A stretch of DNA of 58,517 bases, the filler included, from Asterionella formosa (taxonomy: Eukaryota): NCBI GenBank assembly GCA_002256025.1. It is 7 parts of 7 records of this genome, joined end to end, with 100 filler letters (N's around TTAATTAATTAA, not from the genome) between each part and the next. Parts side by side here need not be neighbours in the genome. Positions count along the whole stretch, not along the records: positions 16,774 to 25,053 come from NKIB01012287.1; positions 25,154 to 33,423 come from NKIB01012288.1; positions 33,524 to 41,794 come from NKIB01012289.1; 4 more parts are not named here. One strand, written 5' to 3'. The notes below the pieces were generated by a model. That model saw nothing but the letters and a program-made list of their open reading frames with translations, was not told the origin of the DNA and made no database searches. Position numbers and translations under genes: made by a program. Position 1 is the stretch's first letter. Each line of letters opens with the position of its first letter. Positions 24,300-36,336 of the stretch are shown piece after piece.

Positions 24300-25053
24300 A
24301 TCTGAGTACCCGGTATGGTACTCCGTACATGCGCCATACGAACCATGCCGGCGTAACCAACAGATTAGGTACATGCGTGAGTGCTAACAACAATGTACTC
24401 GAAACAGCAATAGAACAGTCATAATACCGGTATTGTAGTTCACCTTTATTCATGATAAGGTTCCCCTCAACAGAACTACAATATCTGCTCTCTCTACCCT
24501 CGTCCACACCTGTGACATTGCGGCTCTTGGCAGCAGTGCAAATCAGCACTTTTTCAGGCGACTGTGCAACACCGACTGCCTGTTTGCTCTCTCCTTTCCC
24601 TTTATCTCGGACCTTCTTACACCATGGCGAATCCACTTGTTTCTGCTGTTTTACCATTCCCTCATCCGCTCTTGACCCCGATCAAGGGTAAACCCACAGC
24701 CCTCACTGTGATCCGCCTTTGCAAGGAAATCTTCGCCAGCCAACGCTCACTCTGTCCACTGTACCATTGCGTGGTGGTGGTGCCAATGATGGTTTTCTTG
24801 GTATTGTCATGGATGCTGCTCCTTATCTCTTATGCGCTGGTGAACCATTTTTACTGCCCAAACATCCCGGTACCCAGCCGCTGCACAGGAGTGCTACTGC
24901 TACACAGTCACAAATCACAGCTTGCAACCGTCTCTTCCACACCTCTCTTGACGCATTCCACTGTTGCTCACAAATCCGCGAAATTCTCTGGCAACAAATT
25001 CTAACAGCCATTGACCCTACTTACTACAAAGTTCTGGAAGAAGCTACATTTGG
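24300..25053 (+). mobile_element. 5' end of a diatom-type Ty1/Copia (CoDi-like) element: putative LTR (~24300-24483) and frameshifted gag from 24624, cut by the scaffold end
   Basis: FPHPLLTPIKGKPT..T...L.KEIFA followed after a frameshift by LRGGGANDGFLGIVM...Y resembles the N-terminus of diatom Copia gag. Left LTR boundary uncertain. Confidence 0.6.
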
Positions 25054-25153
25054 NNNNNNNNNNNNNNNNNNNNNNNNNNNNNNNNNNNNNNNNNNNNTTA
25101 ATTAATTAANNNNNNNNNNNNNNNNNNNNNNNNNNNNNNNNNNNNNNNNNNNN
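25054..25153. other. Artificial scaffold linker
   Basis: N44-TTAATTAATTAA-N44. Confidence 0.97.
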
Positions 25154-25295
25154 GGAATTGCTACTCCCACCACAAATATCATCTACCCACACTCATACTT
25201 CTCATTTCCCAATGTAAGTAAAGAGGATATGCATCAATTTGTTGAATCACTTCAACCAAATGTTCCTGAGAAGAATATTGATTATAATGACCGCA

Positions 25296-26100
25296 TTGTC
25301 ACAAATGTCTTTTTCGACTAGATAACGGAAATCCTCAAACTTGCTAATACCTGCTGCCATGATATTCATACGTTCGACAGTGACCTCAAAACCGATTGCC
25401 AACAGAATGTGGGCGAGTCCGACCAAGTTATTCGCCATGATAATGAGTAGATTTGCTGGGAAAAGAGAATGGTAGTAATTCGCAAATGCAAACGCAAACG
25501 CATGTCGTCAGTGGATTCCCGCTGTAACAAATAGTACTTGTGTGCAGGCAGCACAGTTATGCCAATGCCGTCGTTGAGTGATCAGTTCAACTCCGGCCAC
25601 AGTCGCTATCGCTTGCTGGTCGTCTCCGGAAACCTGTCAGTACGACTCAAGTGCACACGGTCACCGACGCCTGCGAATGATCGTCATCATCCAAATTCGG
25701 TACGTACACGTGACACTACATACTGAATATGAAAATTCGTGACAAACACGTGACGCCGGGCGCCTCGTCCTCGATGGTTCGAATTCGACGCTCCTAATCG
25801 CTCGCACTTTATGCTCTTCTCCGATTCAAAGATAACTCAGGTGGTCATCGGTAGAGCGTGGGTCTGATAAGCCGAATAAATACGCTGGCGTGGTCAGCAG
25901 AACAACTTACATGGTGCAAGAGGAAAGAAAGATAAAGGTTGAAAACATAATCTTAAAGATATATATACCTACGCCATTCTAGCACATTCGCTGTCCAAGC
26001 TCGTACGCTGCACTATTGCTAAAGCACTCTAACGGCTAGTTAGTACACTGTACCATATGACACGGTACGTGCACCCACGCGCACGCACTGCACTGCAATA
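25296..26100 (-). mobile_element. Truncated Copia-like element 5' end: LTR (~25875-26100), half-tRNA primer-binding site (25848-25873), leader and gag start (ATG 25438)
   Basis: Gag-like peptide ILLAIGF....RMNIMAAGISKFEDFRYLVEKDI. PBS GGCTTATCAGACCCACGCTCTACCGA is complementary to a tRNA D-arm/anticodon region. TATATATA lies inside the putative LTR. Confidence 0.55.
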
Positions 26101-26109
26101 TTCGTTCAA

Positions 26110-26350
26110 AATTCCTCTACGTCAATTTGTAGGGAGTTTCATGTAAGCACTATTTGTGTTGGTCCATATTTTTTGATGAGGTCATTTGACAGTTTACTAA
26201 AGACATACTTTCAGCCATTCAGCAAAACACTGCTTGTTCTTTACATGAATAAAAACTTCGGATAGCGGAAATGATCATGAACTCCCCTGACTGATGGTTT
26301 ATGCATTTTCCGACACTTTTATACAAAAAATGTATTCTTTCCTTTGAAAA
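26110..26350 (+). repeat. Dispersed degenerate repeat, homologous to 35655-35900 (inverted)
   Basis: Shared blocks GAGTTTCATGTAAGCACT, TGATGAGGTCATTTGA, GCGGAAATGATCA and TTATGCATTTTCCGACACTTTTAT occur in reverse orientation in scaffold 5. Confidence 0.75.
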
Positions 26351-27749
26351 AATTCGTGATTTGTTGGAAGTTTAACTAGAAGGGGGCCAGGATGCTTTTG
26401 ACTGTTTCTTGATTATTGGCACAACAAGTCTATCAATGACACTTTATTCATACCACAATATGCATCAACATGTATTGATATTTTAGAGGAAAGGGTTCAG
26501 AAATTTATGTCAGTTACTAAGATTATGATTGGTCCCCAACGGAAAATGATATCTCAAATTGGCTTACAAATGGCAAAATTTCATGGAATGAAACATTACC
26601 CTCATCTGATTAGGAAGTTCGCTCTGATCTCCTCTTAATTTCTTTGGTGGATATTTGGAGTCTTTTTTGAAAGACAAATTGAAACGAGCGACCCAGTAAG
26701 CGTGTGAACGGACAATTACATCGATTAAAGCATGACATTTTAACAAGGTCATATGAAACAAGGCAGTTTGCCTTGGCACGAAAAATTGTTTTTGTAAGTG
26801 ATTCATTACATACAGAAAACAAAGAAAAGAAGATGAGTAGAGAAAATACCATCAATGTAAATGAGGGTATTTCAACAGAAATTGATTTCGAAAGAATGAT
26901 TCCGGATACAATGATGTTGCCTAGTAGGTCGCCTGAAAATTTGGGAATATCGCCTAACAAAATCCATTCACCAGCCCTTCCTGTTAAAGTTCAATTCACT
27001 CTCTGCTTCATCATCAAATGGTCTATGGACTATAGCAGGTGTCCCTAATAATATTGGGCATGTATCACGGAGTAAGGATGCACCCTTGTCTCAATCGGTT
27101 CATCCTGATTTACCGAAGGGGGCCAACTACGTAAAGAGCATTGCGAATTCAGCAATAGAAATAGCAAAAATCAAAAGTCTTGAAGATGGGGTTTGGCCTG
27201 TTTCCATTGTAAGGATTGATTTTTATTATCATGTTAAAATTGAAAGTAACATAGCGTTCCCGGCCAAACTACTATTTTCAGATGCCATCCGAAATGGAAT
27301 AATGATTCAAAGGCAGGAATCTCTGGTCGTGAATGGTTTGACTGGGTCGAAGTGAACTGGGAGAAAGGAGATGGATCAAGTTGCTTCCTACACAGTTCCT
27401 GCAAAACTACTTCTTTGGGGAAATGTTATTTTCTCCAACTCAACAACCATTCTCTTAGCGTGTATTCGTTCCTTGAAAAGTTCAACTATAATGAAAATTC
27501 ATATACGTATGTTTTTTGCAAGAGGAGACACCTTATGCAATGATACAACTGAATTGAGCTTTGTTGAATTTCATAACATACTTTCGGCAGCATTTGTTGT
27601 TCCTGCTTTGAAACCACAGGAATCAAGCCAAGGAAATCTCTGAAACCGCAAGAAGTTTTGGAACAGGCAAATACAGAAAGATAATTTTTGTGTTGCCATG
27701 CCTCCACGTCAGCCATTCATGGAAATCAATCGGCTGGGACCAAAAACTA

Positions 27750-29400
27750 ACAAGCGAACGTTGATAAAGATACTAGTACAAGAATAATATAAATGATAAT
27801 GGTAACAATATAGTTTCGCATAATAAATTGGTTATTATGAGGTTTTCACAAACTACAATTTCCTTAGAAATGATTATCCAATGGTCCATTATCTGTTCTT
27901 TTTCACTCCCAAAGAACCTAAGATGGTCCTTCTCGTTTCGTCCGAAATTTTGCTTCTCCACTTTTCAACTGCAGTTCGATATGAGTCTGTAAACTTCTTC
28001 AATTTGATTCCAGAAGGGCTATCATCAGATACAAATTTGTTTTTCAATTTTTTGTCAATTTTGATGCATCCAGAAATGTGGCCAAGAGGTGCATGATTAT
28101 ACCATTTGAAGGAAGCAAGTTTGTCATTACTTTGTTGGATCATTGATTTTACGTAGACAACTTCATCCTTCTTGAAAGAAGAGTTGCAAGGAACTCGTCA
28201 AAATACTTACACTGACTTCAATTTCTGGCAAAAGAGGGAGATACTAATTGTCATCCATCAATTTTTTTCTTCCTTCTAACGTTAAGTTTAACATTGTCAG
28301 CAAAAACGGATGCTCGGAATGTTTCATTTGTTTATCAATAGGTGAACCATCACTGAACACTGCCTGCTACGAAAACAAATAAACACCCTGTCTTCAACAC
28401 TCCATTTTCTGATGCAGAAGAATTGTTGAATGCATTTTCAAACCAAGTCCCGGAAGTTACTTTGTCATACATACAAGCGTTCTCCACAAGTTGTAAGTTT
28501 CACTTGTGGGTGACATACAAAATATTGCATGATATCGGAATCACGTAGCAATCCTGCCATGAGCTGTACTGGTTCGAAATAATGGAGTGTGCGTGGGATG
28601 ATCATATTTGAATTGTTATCAATCATTATTTGTTTGGTCAACAGTTGACCACCAGCTAATGTTGGTGGAAATGAAATGCACATCCATGCGTTTTTTCAAA
28701 GTCTGTTAGGATGGAGCTTGATACCTGCCTTCCATCAAAATATTTCATTGCTTTTGCCTTTAACAGCCATTTCATTAGATGGGCTGATCAACGTAAACTG
28801 GTGGAAGATAATTCTTGTTGAGGAATAACATGAATTCTAATTCAACTGGATGCATGTTTAGAGAATGTTTACTTGGAAGTTGAAATTGAGGAGGAAGGGG
28901 CATTTCCATTGCATTTTCAGGGAGAAAGCCAGTGCAATCTTGAAAATCTGAATATTGCATTGTTTCTGAATTCAACCCTTGGAGAGTTTTTAGTCTCAAT
29001 TGTTTGTCCTCTTGTGACTGAATATTGTTATAAACTGAATCGTTGCTGTCGTCACGTCATGAAGTGGATGATTGTGTTAACTTGATTCAAGGATAGGACA
29101 CATTATCTCTTCTTGTCTAATCTCCCTAAATGCTGCAGCAGTTACACTGCCATCATTAACTTCTTTCCTTGAATGATTAGATGCACTACCTCAATACATA
29201 GTTTCACTATGTATTCCAGGAACTTGATGTTCCTGCATGCAATGTCGACAGTGACCATATGCATATAAAACACGGTTGCTACAATTTCGATTGTGAGACT
29301 CAGATGGGGATTTGTTCTTCCGAAATTTGTAGTTACACAGATAACACCATTGCAATGTGCGCAAAGACATTGCAAATTGCAAATGATGACAAAGTCAGGA
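27750..29400 (-). mobile_element. Degenerate Plavaka-like transposase relic
   Basis: Frameshifted peptides in order QLMAGLLRD, YDKVTSGTWFENAF, VFSDGSPIDKQMKHSEHPFLLTMLNL...RKK, LLPEIE match the Plavaka pattern (TG.W, SD.T/S, HP..LT..N, LP). A Cys-rich N-terminal fragment lies at 29191-29382. Boundaries approximate. Confidence 0.55.
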
Positions 29401-29470
29401 TATGAAAAGGATAGAATGAAAATGAATGAATATATAATAATAAATTGAGCGCCACTTCGAACATGCTGTG

Positions 29471-29748
29471 CTGGAAAATACAGATTCGTGAAATTATCAC
29501 TCCACCATAGAAGTAAATGGAGGTATACCGCTACATATAGCTAGTACAGGCGGCACTAATAGTAATAGTAGTATAGAGCAGAATCAATGTTTTCCTATCA
29601 TCTATGATCTGGAAAATACAGAGTCGTGAAATTATCACTCCAAAATAGTAGTAAAAATGGAGGTATACCGCTACATATAGCTTGTACAGGCGGCACTAAT
29701 AGTAATAGTAGTATAGAGCAGAATCAATGTTTTCCTATCATCTATGAT
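29471..29748. repeat. Tandem duplication, two ~138-bp units
   Basis: 29471-29608 and 29609-29748 are nearly identical (CTGGAAAATACAGA...CCTATCATCTATGAT). Confidence 0.92.
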
Positions 29749-31146
29749 ATGGCTTGCATTTGTAGAAGTCTCACACTAACTATAATTATTATATAACTAC
29801 TAATAGAGTCATCAATATCCATAGTCTGGAATTTAGCTATATTCTGTTAGACCAGCTGGTGTGTCATGAATTATGTTAGCATTTTTAAATTGAAACATAT
29901 TTGATAAGAATATAATCACCGACTCAAAATATCATGATTTCGGGAGCATCTCCCTGCAAGAACTTACCTAAGATTCCTTTAAATTGATTTTTTCAATACC
30001 TTCTGACATTCTATCGCTCAACTTTTTAATGCACATGCCACCAAATTTTTATTTGATGTAATCTAAACGTGCCTTGTTGGTATGTTCAATGGTCTGATTC
30101 ATTGGAAGTATTGCATCAGTACCATTCCATATGAAATCGGCAAGCTCTGGGTCACTCTCCACTTCTTTGCCTAACTCCGGTTTCACTGTGTATAGCCGAG
30201 TTAGGCAGGTCAACATTCGGCAAACCAATCCTGTTTGTGATTGGAAATGCCTTTCATACTACTTGGACCAGATAGGGCGGGATGTTTGATTCTCTTTTGG
30301 GACCAGAAAAAAGCACATTTGATTGATATTCTGTTTTACAGTACCTGCAATTCACGAGGAACTATAACATCAAATGTGCATGTTCACAGCAAAATTTCTT
30401 GGTCTTGAAAATAAAAGCAACTCACAACCTTTGTGACAATTGATCGATCGGTTAAATTTTAGCTAAGCGAGAACGACGTTCTGATAAGGCTGCTGAAATT
30501 GAAGAGTCTTGATAACCATGTATGGACGAGTTTTGAACCAAGCGAATTACGACCTTTGTAGTGATTGAGTTCATTGACCAATTGATAATATCCTTTGGCA
30601 AGTGCAAAATGTTTTTCCCTCAGTGTGTCGTGTACTTGTTGGTCCATGCGATTAGAAAATTTATGATATGGTACCATGTCGTCCATCTGCATCCGGGAGA
30701 TATTAATGTCATCATTGACAGGAGCCATTTTTCTTGTATCAACAACTGAAGTAGAAACGTCATCATTGCTGTCAGTATCAATTACGGGATCCTTTGTACT
30801 AGTAGCTGATGGTGTCCCCATCGACAATGGGGTGTTACCCCCAACGTCTCTCAATCACCGATTGGGTTGCTTTGGATAATTGCCTATTCGCTTTTTCTTT
30901 GTAAACTCATTTTAGAACTTGCTTCTTTGTTCCATACCAGCAGTATTTGCCACATGTCGCTTGTTTCCATGAGCCTCTTTATGGTTTCTTGAAGACATTG
31001 TACTATTTGACAACTGTTGTCGTTGTCTTCCTTAAAGTTCGATGATCTTATATTCTTTTACTGTCCCGCTGCACTAGTAGCAGTCATAGACATATAGTGT
31101 TCTATTGCTTGCTTATTACTCCGACTACCGCTTTTCAGTTTCACGA

Positions 31147-31312
31147 TCATACAATCCTAAAACTATGATGATTTACTATCCCACTGCAGTAGCAACAGTC
31201 CTGAACATATGGTGTTCTATTGGTTTTTAGTTTTACCATCATACAATCCTAAAACTATGATGATTTACTTTCCCACTGCAGTAGCAACAGTCCTGAACAT
31301 ATGGTGTTCTGT
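31147..31312. repeat. Tandem duplication, ~91-bp period
   Basis: ATCATACAATCCTAAAACTATGATGATTTACT.TCCCACTGCAGTAGCAACAGTCCTGAACATATGGTGTTCT occurs twice, with a diverged partial copy near 31059-31107. Confidence 0.88.
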
Positions 31313-33423
31313 TCCTAGTTTACTACTCCGACTACCCCCAGTACAACTGGTACTCTGTATATATATATGATATATTGTTATTGTCATATGATGTACCGGT
31401 ACACATGAAGAGCTCCCAACCAAAAAAGGGGCTTAAACAATTTGCTACCAAAACCCTTGCGGTTATGACTTACACCAATTGAATGGTCTAAATAATTAGT
31501 TTCAACGGACGTAGAAAATATCGATGCAAACAAATTTCAGAAACAATTCCGGTACACGTAGTCATGGAAAACAATGGACTTATAGTGCATTAAGTATTTT
31601 CGAATTATGTATATGCAAGTATGATCATCCCAACCATATCAGATGTTCCATATCGAGAGCGCCTTTGAATTTTATAAATGTATAACACTTAATATATATA
31701 TATATATATTTACTAATTTTATTACTATATTCATGGCATATATATTTTTGAAATCGTTCTGTCATGTTAACAAACAATGCCTGCTGCTTCATGAAAAGAT
31801 ACGTCGTAGTAAAGCACATGACAAGCAAAGAAAGTTTACGCAATACACAACGAAAACCATTGTGGCTTCGACACATTGCGCATTCGAAGGATGTAGCATG
31901 TTTAAGGTAATGAAGCCATCAATGTGGTCCTTGGATGACAATTGTTGGAGAGCAGGACAACAACAAATTGTTAACTAAACGCACATTTCCTTTTTTCTCA
32001 GATGATTCAACAGCTCGTTTCGCTTGTTGGGGAGCACCAATGTAAAACAAAACCAAATTGCGTAAGTGCTCTTGTCGCTTGTTGGACCTATTCACTACTG
32101 TTGGAACAAAACTGACAAAACTTTGACCTTCTCTCAAAGTGAAGATCCCGAGACTTACTTATTTAAGAATTTGTTTTACTGCCAAGTTACTATTACATAC
32201 TTATGCATCCTCAGTTGCATTGATTTGTGGTAAGTGAAGCAAACCAGAGGATACGATGGAATTGCGTGTTCTTGTGTCAATGTAACATGACTAGCTAACA
32301 AATCCTCCTTCTCATAATAACTGTAACTGCATGCATAGGACAATAAAAACAATCAATCAACGGAATAGTCGGCAAGTTCAGAATGACACTTACAGCAGGG
32401 AAAGAAATGCAGCATCAGTAAGGCACTGTCTCGCATACAATTCAGAACAGAGGAAAAAAGAGCGAGAAAGGAATATACATTGAAATGAGTGAAGAGGTGA
32501 CAAACATTCCTCGGGTAGCTGTCGAAACAGAAATATCATTGTTAAATTTGATAGTTAAATTAAGATCTGTTCCAATCCTTTTTTAACAATCCTTGTAACT
32601 AGAAAGATGATCATGTTTAAGATAGATATACGATGAAACAATTCAAATGATAGCATATAGTTTAGCTGATTTTAGGATACGTTGTAGTTATAATTTACAT
32701 TGGGCGATCACGAAAAGTGAAAATAATATGAGAAGGTTTATGATATTGATAGGAAATAATGTTGATCAGTTTATATACATTGTGTGATGATAATGTTCTT
32801 ATTATCATTATACTTCAAGGTCGGTAACATATTAATAAATCATCATATCTACAAGATACCTTGATCATATTTTTGATCAAAAATTATCATACATACGAAG
32901 ATCCTGTGCCACTTAGTGTACGACACCCATGATCCTATATGAATGATCCTTTTTATTTACAGACGAAGTCGTGTAGTGTAAACAATGGAAGTAAGAACAA
33001 GTCCCGTTACTTGTTTGACTGATCCTTTGCATGAAATCCATGAAATGCCATTTGGAAAGCAAGTTGTCAAAGGGCCAGATGGTTATGATGTAAGACAGTG
33101 AAAGGGAAACGCGGACCTTTCCTTTTTTGCGGCGCTTGTGGAGGTGCAGCTGGTGTGATGTTAACCGAGTGTAGTAATTGTTGAACAGAGCACAGTGTAA
33201 TATGCATATTCCGCCAGCGTAGAGTCTACAAAATACACATGCCGGCATAAATACAGCTATAACAAGAAAAAACGACAGGACAATGAATGTGATGGCTGGT
33301 TGCTGAGGATACCGGTATGTGATATGCATCAATCCATGTCACAAATCATATTATAGTGATGTACATATCAACGCATCTGTATACTTAGATCCTATCCACT
33401 GTATGATACTATCATATTAACTG

Positions 33424-33523
33424 NNNNNNNNNNNNNNNNNNNNNNNNNNNNNNNNNNNNNNNNNNNNTTAATTAATTAANNNNNNNNNNNNNNNNNNNNN
33501 NNNNNNNNNNNNNNNNNNNNNNN
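33424..33523. other. Artificial scaffold linker
   Basis: N44-TTAATTAATTAA-N44. Confidence 0.97.
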
Positions 33524-34814
33524 CCACATTGTTGTGCGACTACGTGATATTGCGTACCCTCAATCAGCTTTAGATACCGGTATACCAAAGTCACTCCCTA
33601 ACCCTATCTCTATCATGGGCATGATTCAAATTCAAATCATTCGTACACGTAGTACGTTTACATACAAATATCTGTGCAACATTCCGGTATATAGATGTCA
33701 CTATGATGGACATGATTTGAATTCAAATCAATCGTGTGCATACTGGTACGTACGTTTAAATGCAAAAATATGTGTACTACATATATTCCAGGTACCAGGT
33801 GTACAATAGATGATACAATAGACAGTAGTACCTGGTACCAGTAAAAAACTGCTATGACCCATTGAGTTAGGGTGTTTGTTTGACTCCTCCGACTAATGGT
33901 AAATTCTACCGAATTGCGGATCCGTTTGTTCGATAGTGTCAGAGCAGCATCGATCAATCAAGCTGTCGTGTTAAAAATTCTGATTTAACGATTTCAGCAG
34001 ATGATACGATGATAATAAAACAGCTAAAAAAGGATTTCAATGGCTCACGGCAGTATATACTTTTTTCTAGATAAACAAACGTATATAAATTTATATACAT
34101 TTTCGAGGACGGATTAGATCATGTGTTGAAGCACTTGTTATGCGTGTTATTAGAAAGGTGCAATGAAAACCTGGTATGTACTCCCTACCTGTTATACCCG
34201 TAATCATACATAACGCATTTGCATGATGATGCCGTGCGCCTAAATAATTTGCCATCTCCGTAGAAGTCAATACCAAGACAAGATATACTTTATTGTCGCA
34301 AAAGGAGGTGAAGGTTCAAATCATTATATGGATCGTCGTATATCATATGATGCGGTGACTTCTAAACTTACCCTAATCCGTGTTCTTCATGGTTTTTCGG
34401 TTGATCGACCATTTCAGGCAATCTATCGAGATGAACAACTTGCTCCAAATCTCAAACTAATTACATGGCTGACTAGCCTATATGCTCGGGAAGGAGCCAG
34501 AACTCTCAAAATCTATATTTATTTAAGTTTTGATTGCAAAACGTGTTATTCTGCGTTCAATGGGTCACGGCAGTTCAAAAATATTCTCAATGGGTCATGG
34601 CAGTTTTTAAATTGGTACCAGTACTCACACACAAGTAGACTCGAACATGCATATGCATAAATGCACATCTATCATATACCCATGTATGACTGTCCTACTC
34701 ATGCAACACAAATGATTCAAATTCAGATTGAGCGGTTGTTGATGTTTGCAGCCAGTGATGGTATACATTCAAAAATACATGTATCCATATATATAAATGC
34801 AATAACTCTGCACA

Positions 34815-35180
34815 GGTGTGGCAAGACAGAAACGACTTTGTCCATGGGGCTACAGTTCAAGCAACCAAACTCAAAACGATCTGTACTCTTCTAGTTGCTA
34901 TCACTCAAGCATACAGCAACTCCGACTCTGTTCCTACAGAAGAACAAGGCCACCTCTTTGGCCTCCCACTCTCCCAGTGCATTCTCTCATCTCCCTCTAC
35001 TATGGAGGCATGGCTTACAATGTATCAGAAGGCTCAGGCCCATCTGCCGCCAGGGCACCATCACCCAGTATCTATTACAACGCACTCAACCACGTTGCCC
35101 ACCAGAAACTATCTGATCCCAATCTGCGTCCGAGGGGCGTATCGCGCCCTAGTGTGACCCACCAATCTCCACTTTAGTTG
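34815..35180 (+). mobile_element. 5'-truncated non-LTR retrotransposon remnant (Ambal-like ORF2 C-terminus)
   Basis: WQDRNDFVHG...ITQAY...HLFGLPLS...MEAWL matches the W..RN..(L/V)H C-terminal pattern of algal LINEs. Abrupt compositional shift to C-rich sequence. Confidence 0.55.
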
Positions 35181-35654
35181 AGCTTTTAATGCGTACTTTT
35201 TCTTTTAAAATTTTATTATTCCCTATATATACGTACAATATTCTACATGGCAATAAATATTATTCATATTAGATGATAAATCGAATTTATATGATCATAG
35301 GATCCCCATTATAAGATGCATCACACGAATTAGATGTTTTCTATTTGTAGACACCCCATCTCTGGGCGTAAGGAAGACATTTCCTGCCCCCCGCTTGATA
35401 CCCAGCCATGTCCATAGGCTTGAGATTTAGTGTTCTTATCGTGAAGTTTCCACCCATGTGTAGCAGTCTTATTTGTGGAGATTAAGGACCCATCAGATGC
35501 TAACAAGGCAACCTATCACTCCAATAAGTGTTTTCCCATTGTCCTAATGTCTATGGGTAACACAAACTCTCCCATGGCTGTCTGCAGGTACGTTTCGAGA
35601 AAGAATGTACAACTGGCAATGTTTGGCCTAGATGTTGCTGGCCTCCTCTTAGAG

Positions 35655-35900
35655 AAAGAATACATCTTTTGCATAAAAGTGTCGGAAAATGCATAAGCTG
35701 TGCGTTAGTCAAGGGAGTTTGTGATCATTTCCGCGATGCGAACTTTTTATTTGCGTAAAGAGCAAGCAGTGTATTGTTGAATGGGTGAAAGTATGTCTAT
35801 AGAAAACTTTCAAATGACCTCATCAAGATTCCTTAGTAATATGGACCATGACAAAGAGTGCTTACATGAAACTCACTACAAAATTTATGCAGAGCATTTT
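35655..35900 (-). repeat. Dispersed degenerate repeat, homologous to 26110-26350
   Basis: ATAAAAGTGTCGGAAAATGCATAA, TGATCATTTCCGC, TCAAATGACCTCATCAA and AGTGCTTACATGAAACTC are reverse complements of blocks in scaffold 4. Confidence 0.75.
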
Positions 35901-36336
35901 CTTGCATCTTGAAATGTTGTACCCTCTCCGAGAATACTGTCGCTCAAGTTTTCTCATCTATTTCTACAAAACCTAGAAGACCTTATCTAGTCAAAGTTAT
36001 CAAGCTAATCACCACAGGCTCAATATTTTTGTCTGTGTGTCTGACTAATTCTGTGACCTCCACAAGTAGTATGATTTACCAATTTTCACTTGAGTGAAAC
36101 TATATATGCTTATACTCTCTATGGTTCATGAACCATCCTTTTCACCGGCCAGAACTTGACAACTACTGATTTCTTCTTTAACTCTCAATTTTGAGATGGG
36201 GGATGAGATAAACCACTATTACTTTATGATATATCAGCCTTTATCTGTTTGTCTGACTAATTCTGTAACCTCCCCATAACCCACTATTTTTCTTGTTTAT
36301 GTATCAAAATAATCATTTATTACTCTAATGACTCTT

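Noticed and set aside
25831..25900. tRNA-Ile(GAT) gene
   Set aside because: Only D-arm and anticodon arm are present, with no T-arm or acceptor stem. Better explained as a retroelement PBS.
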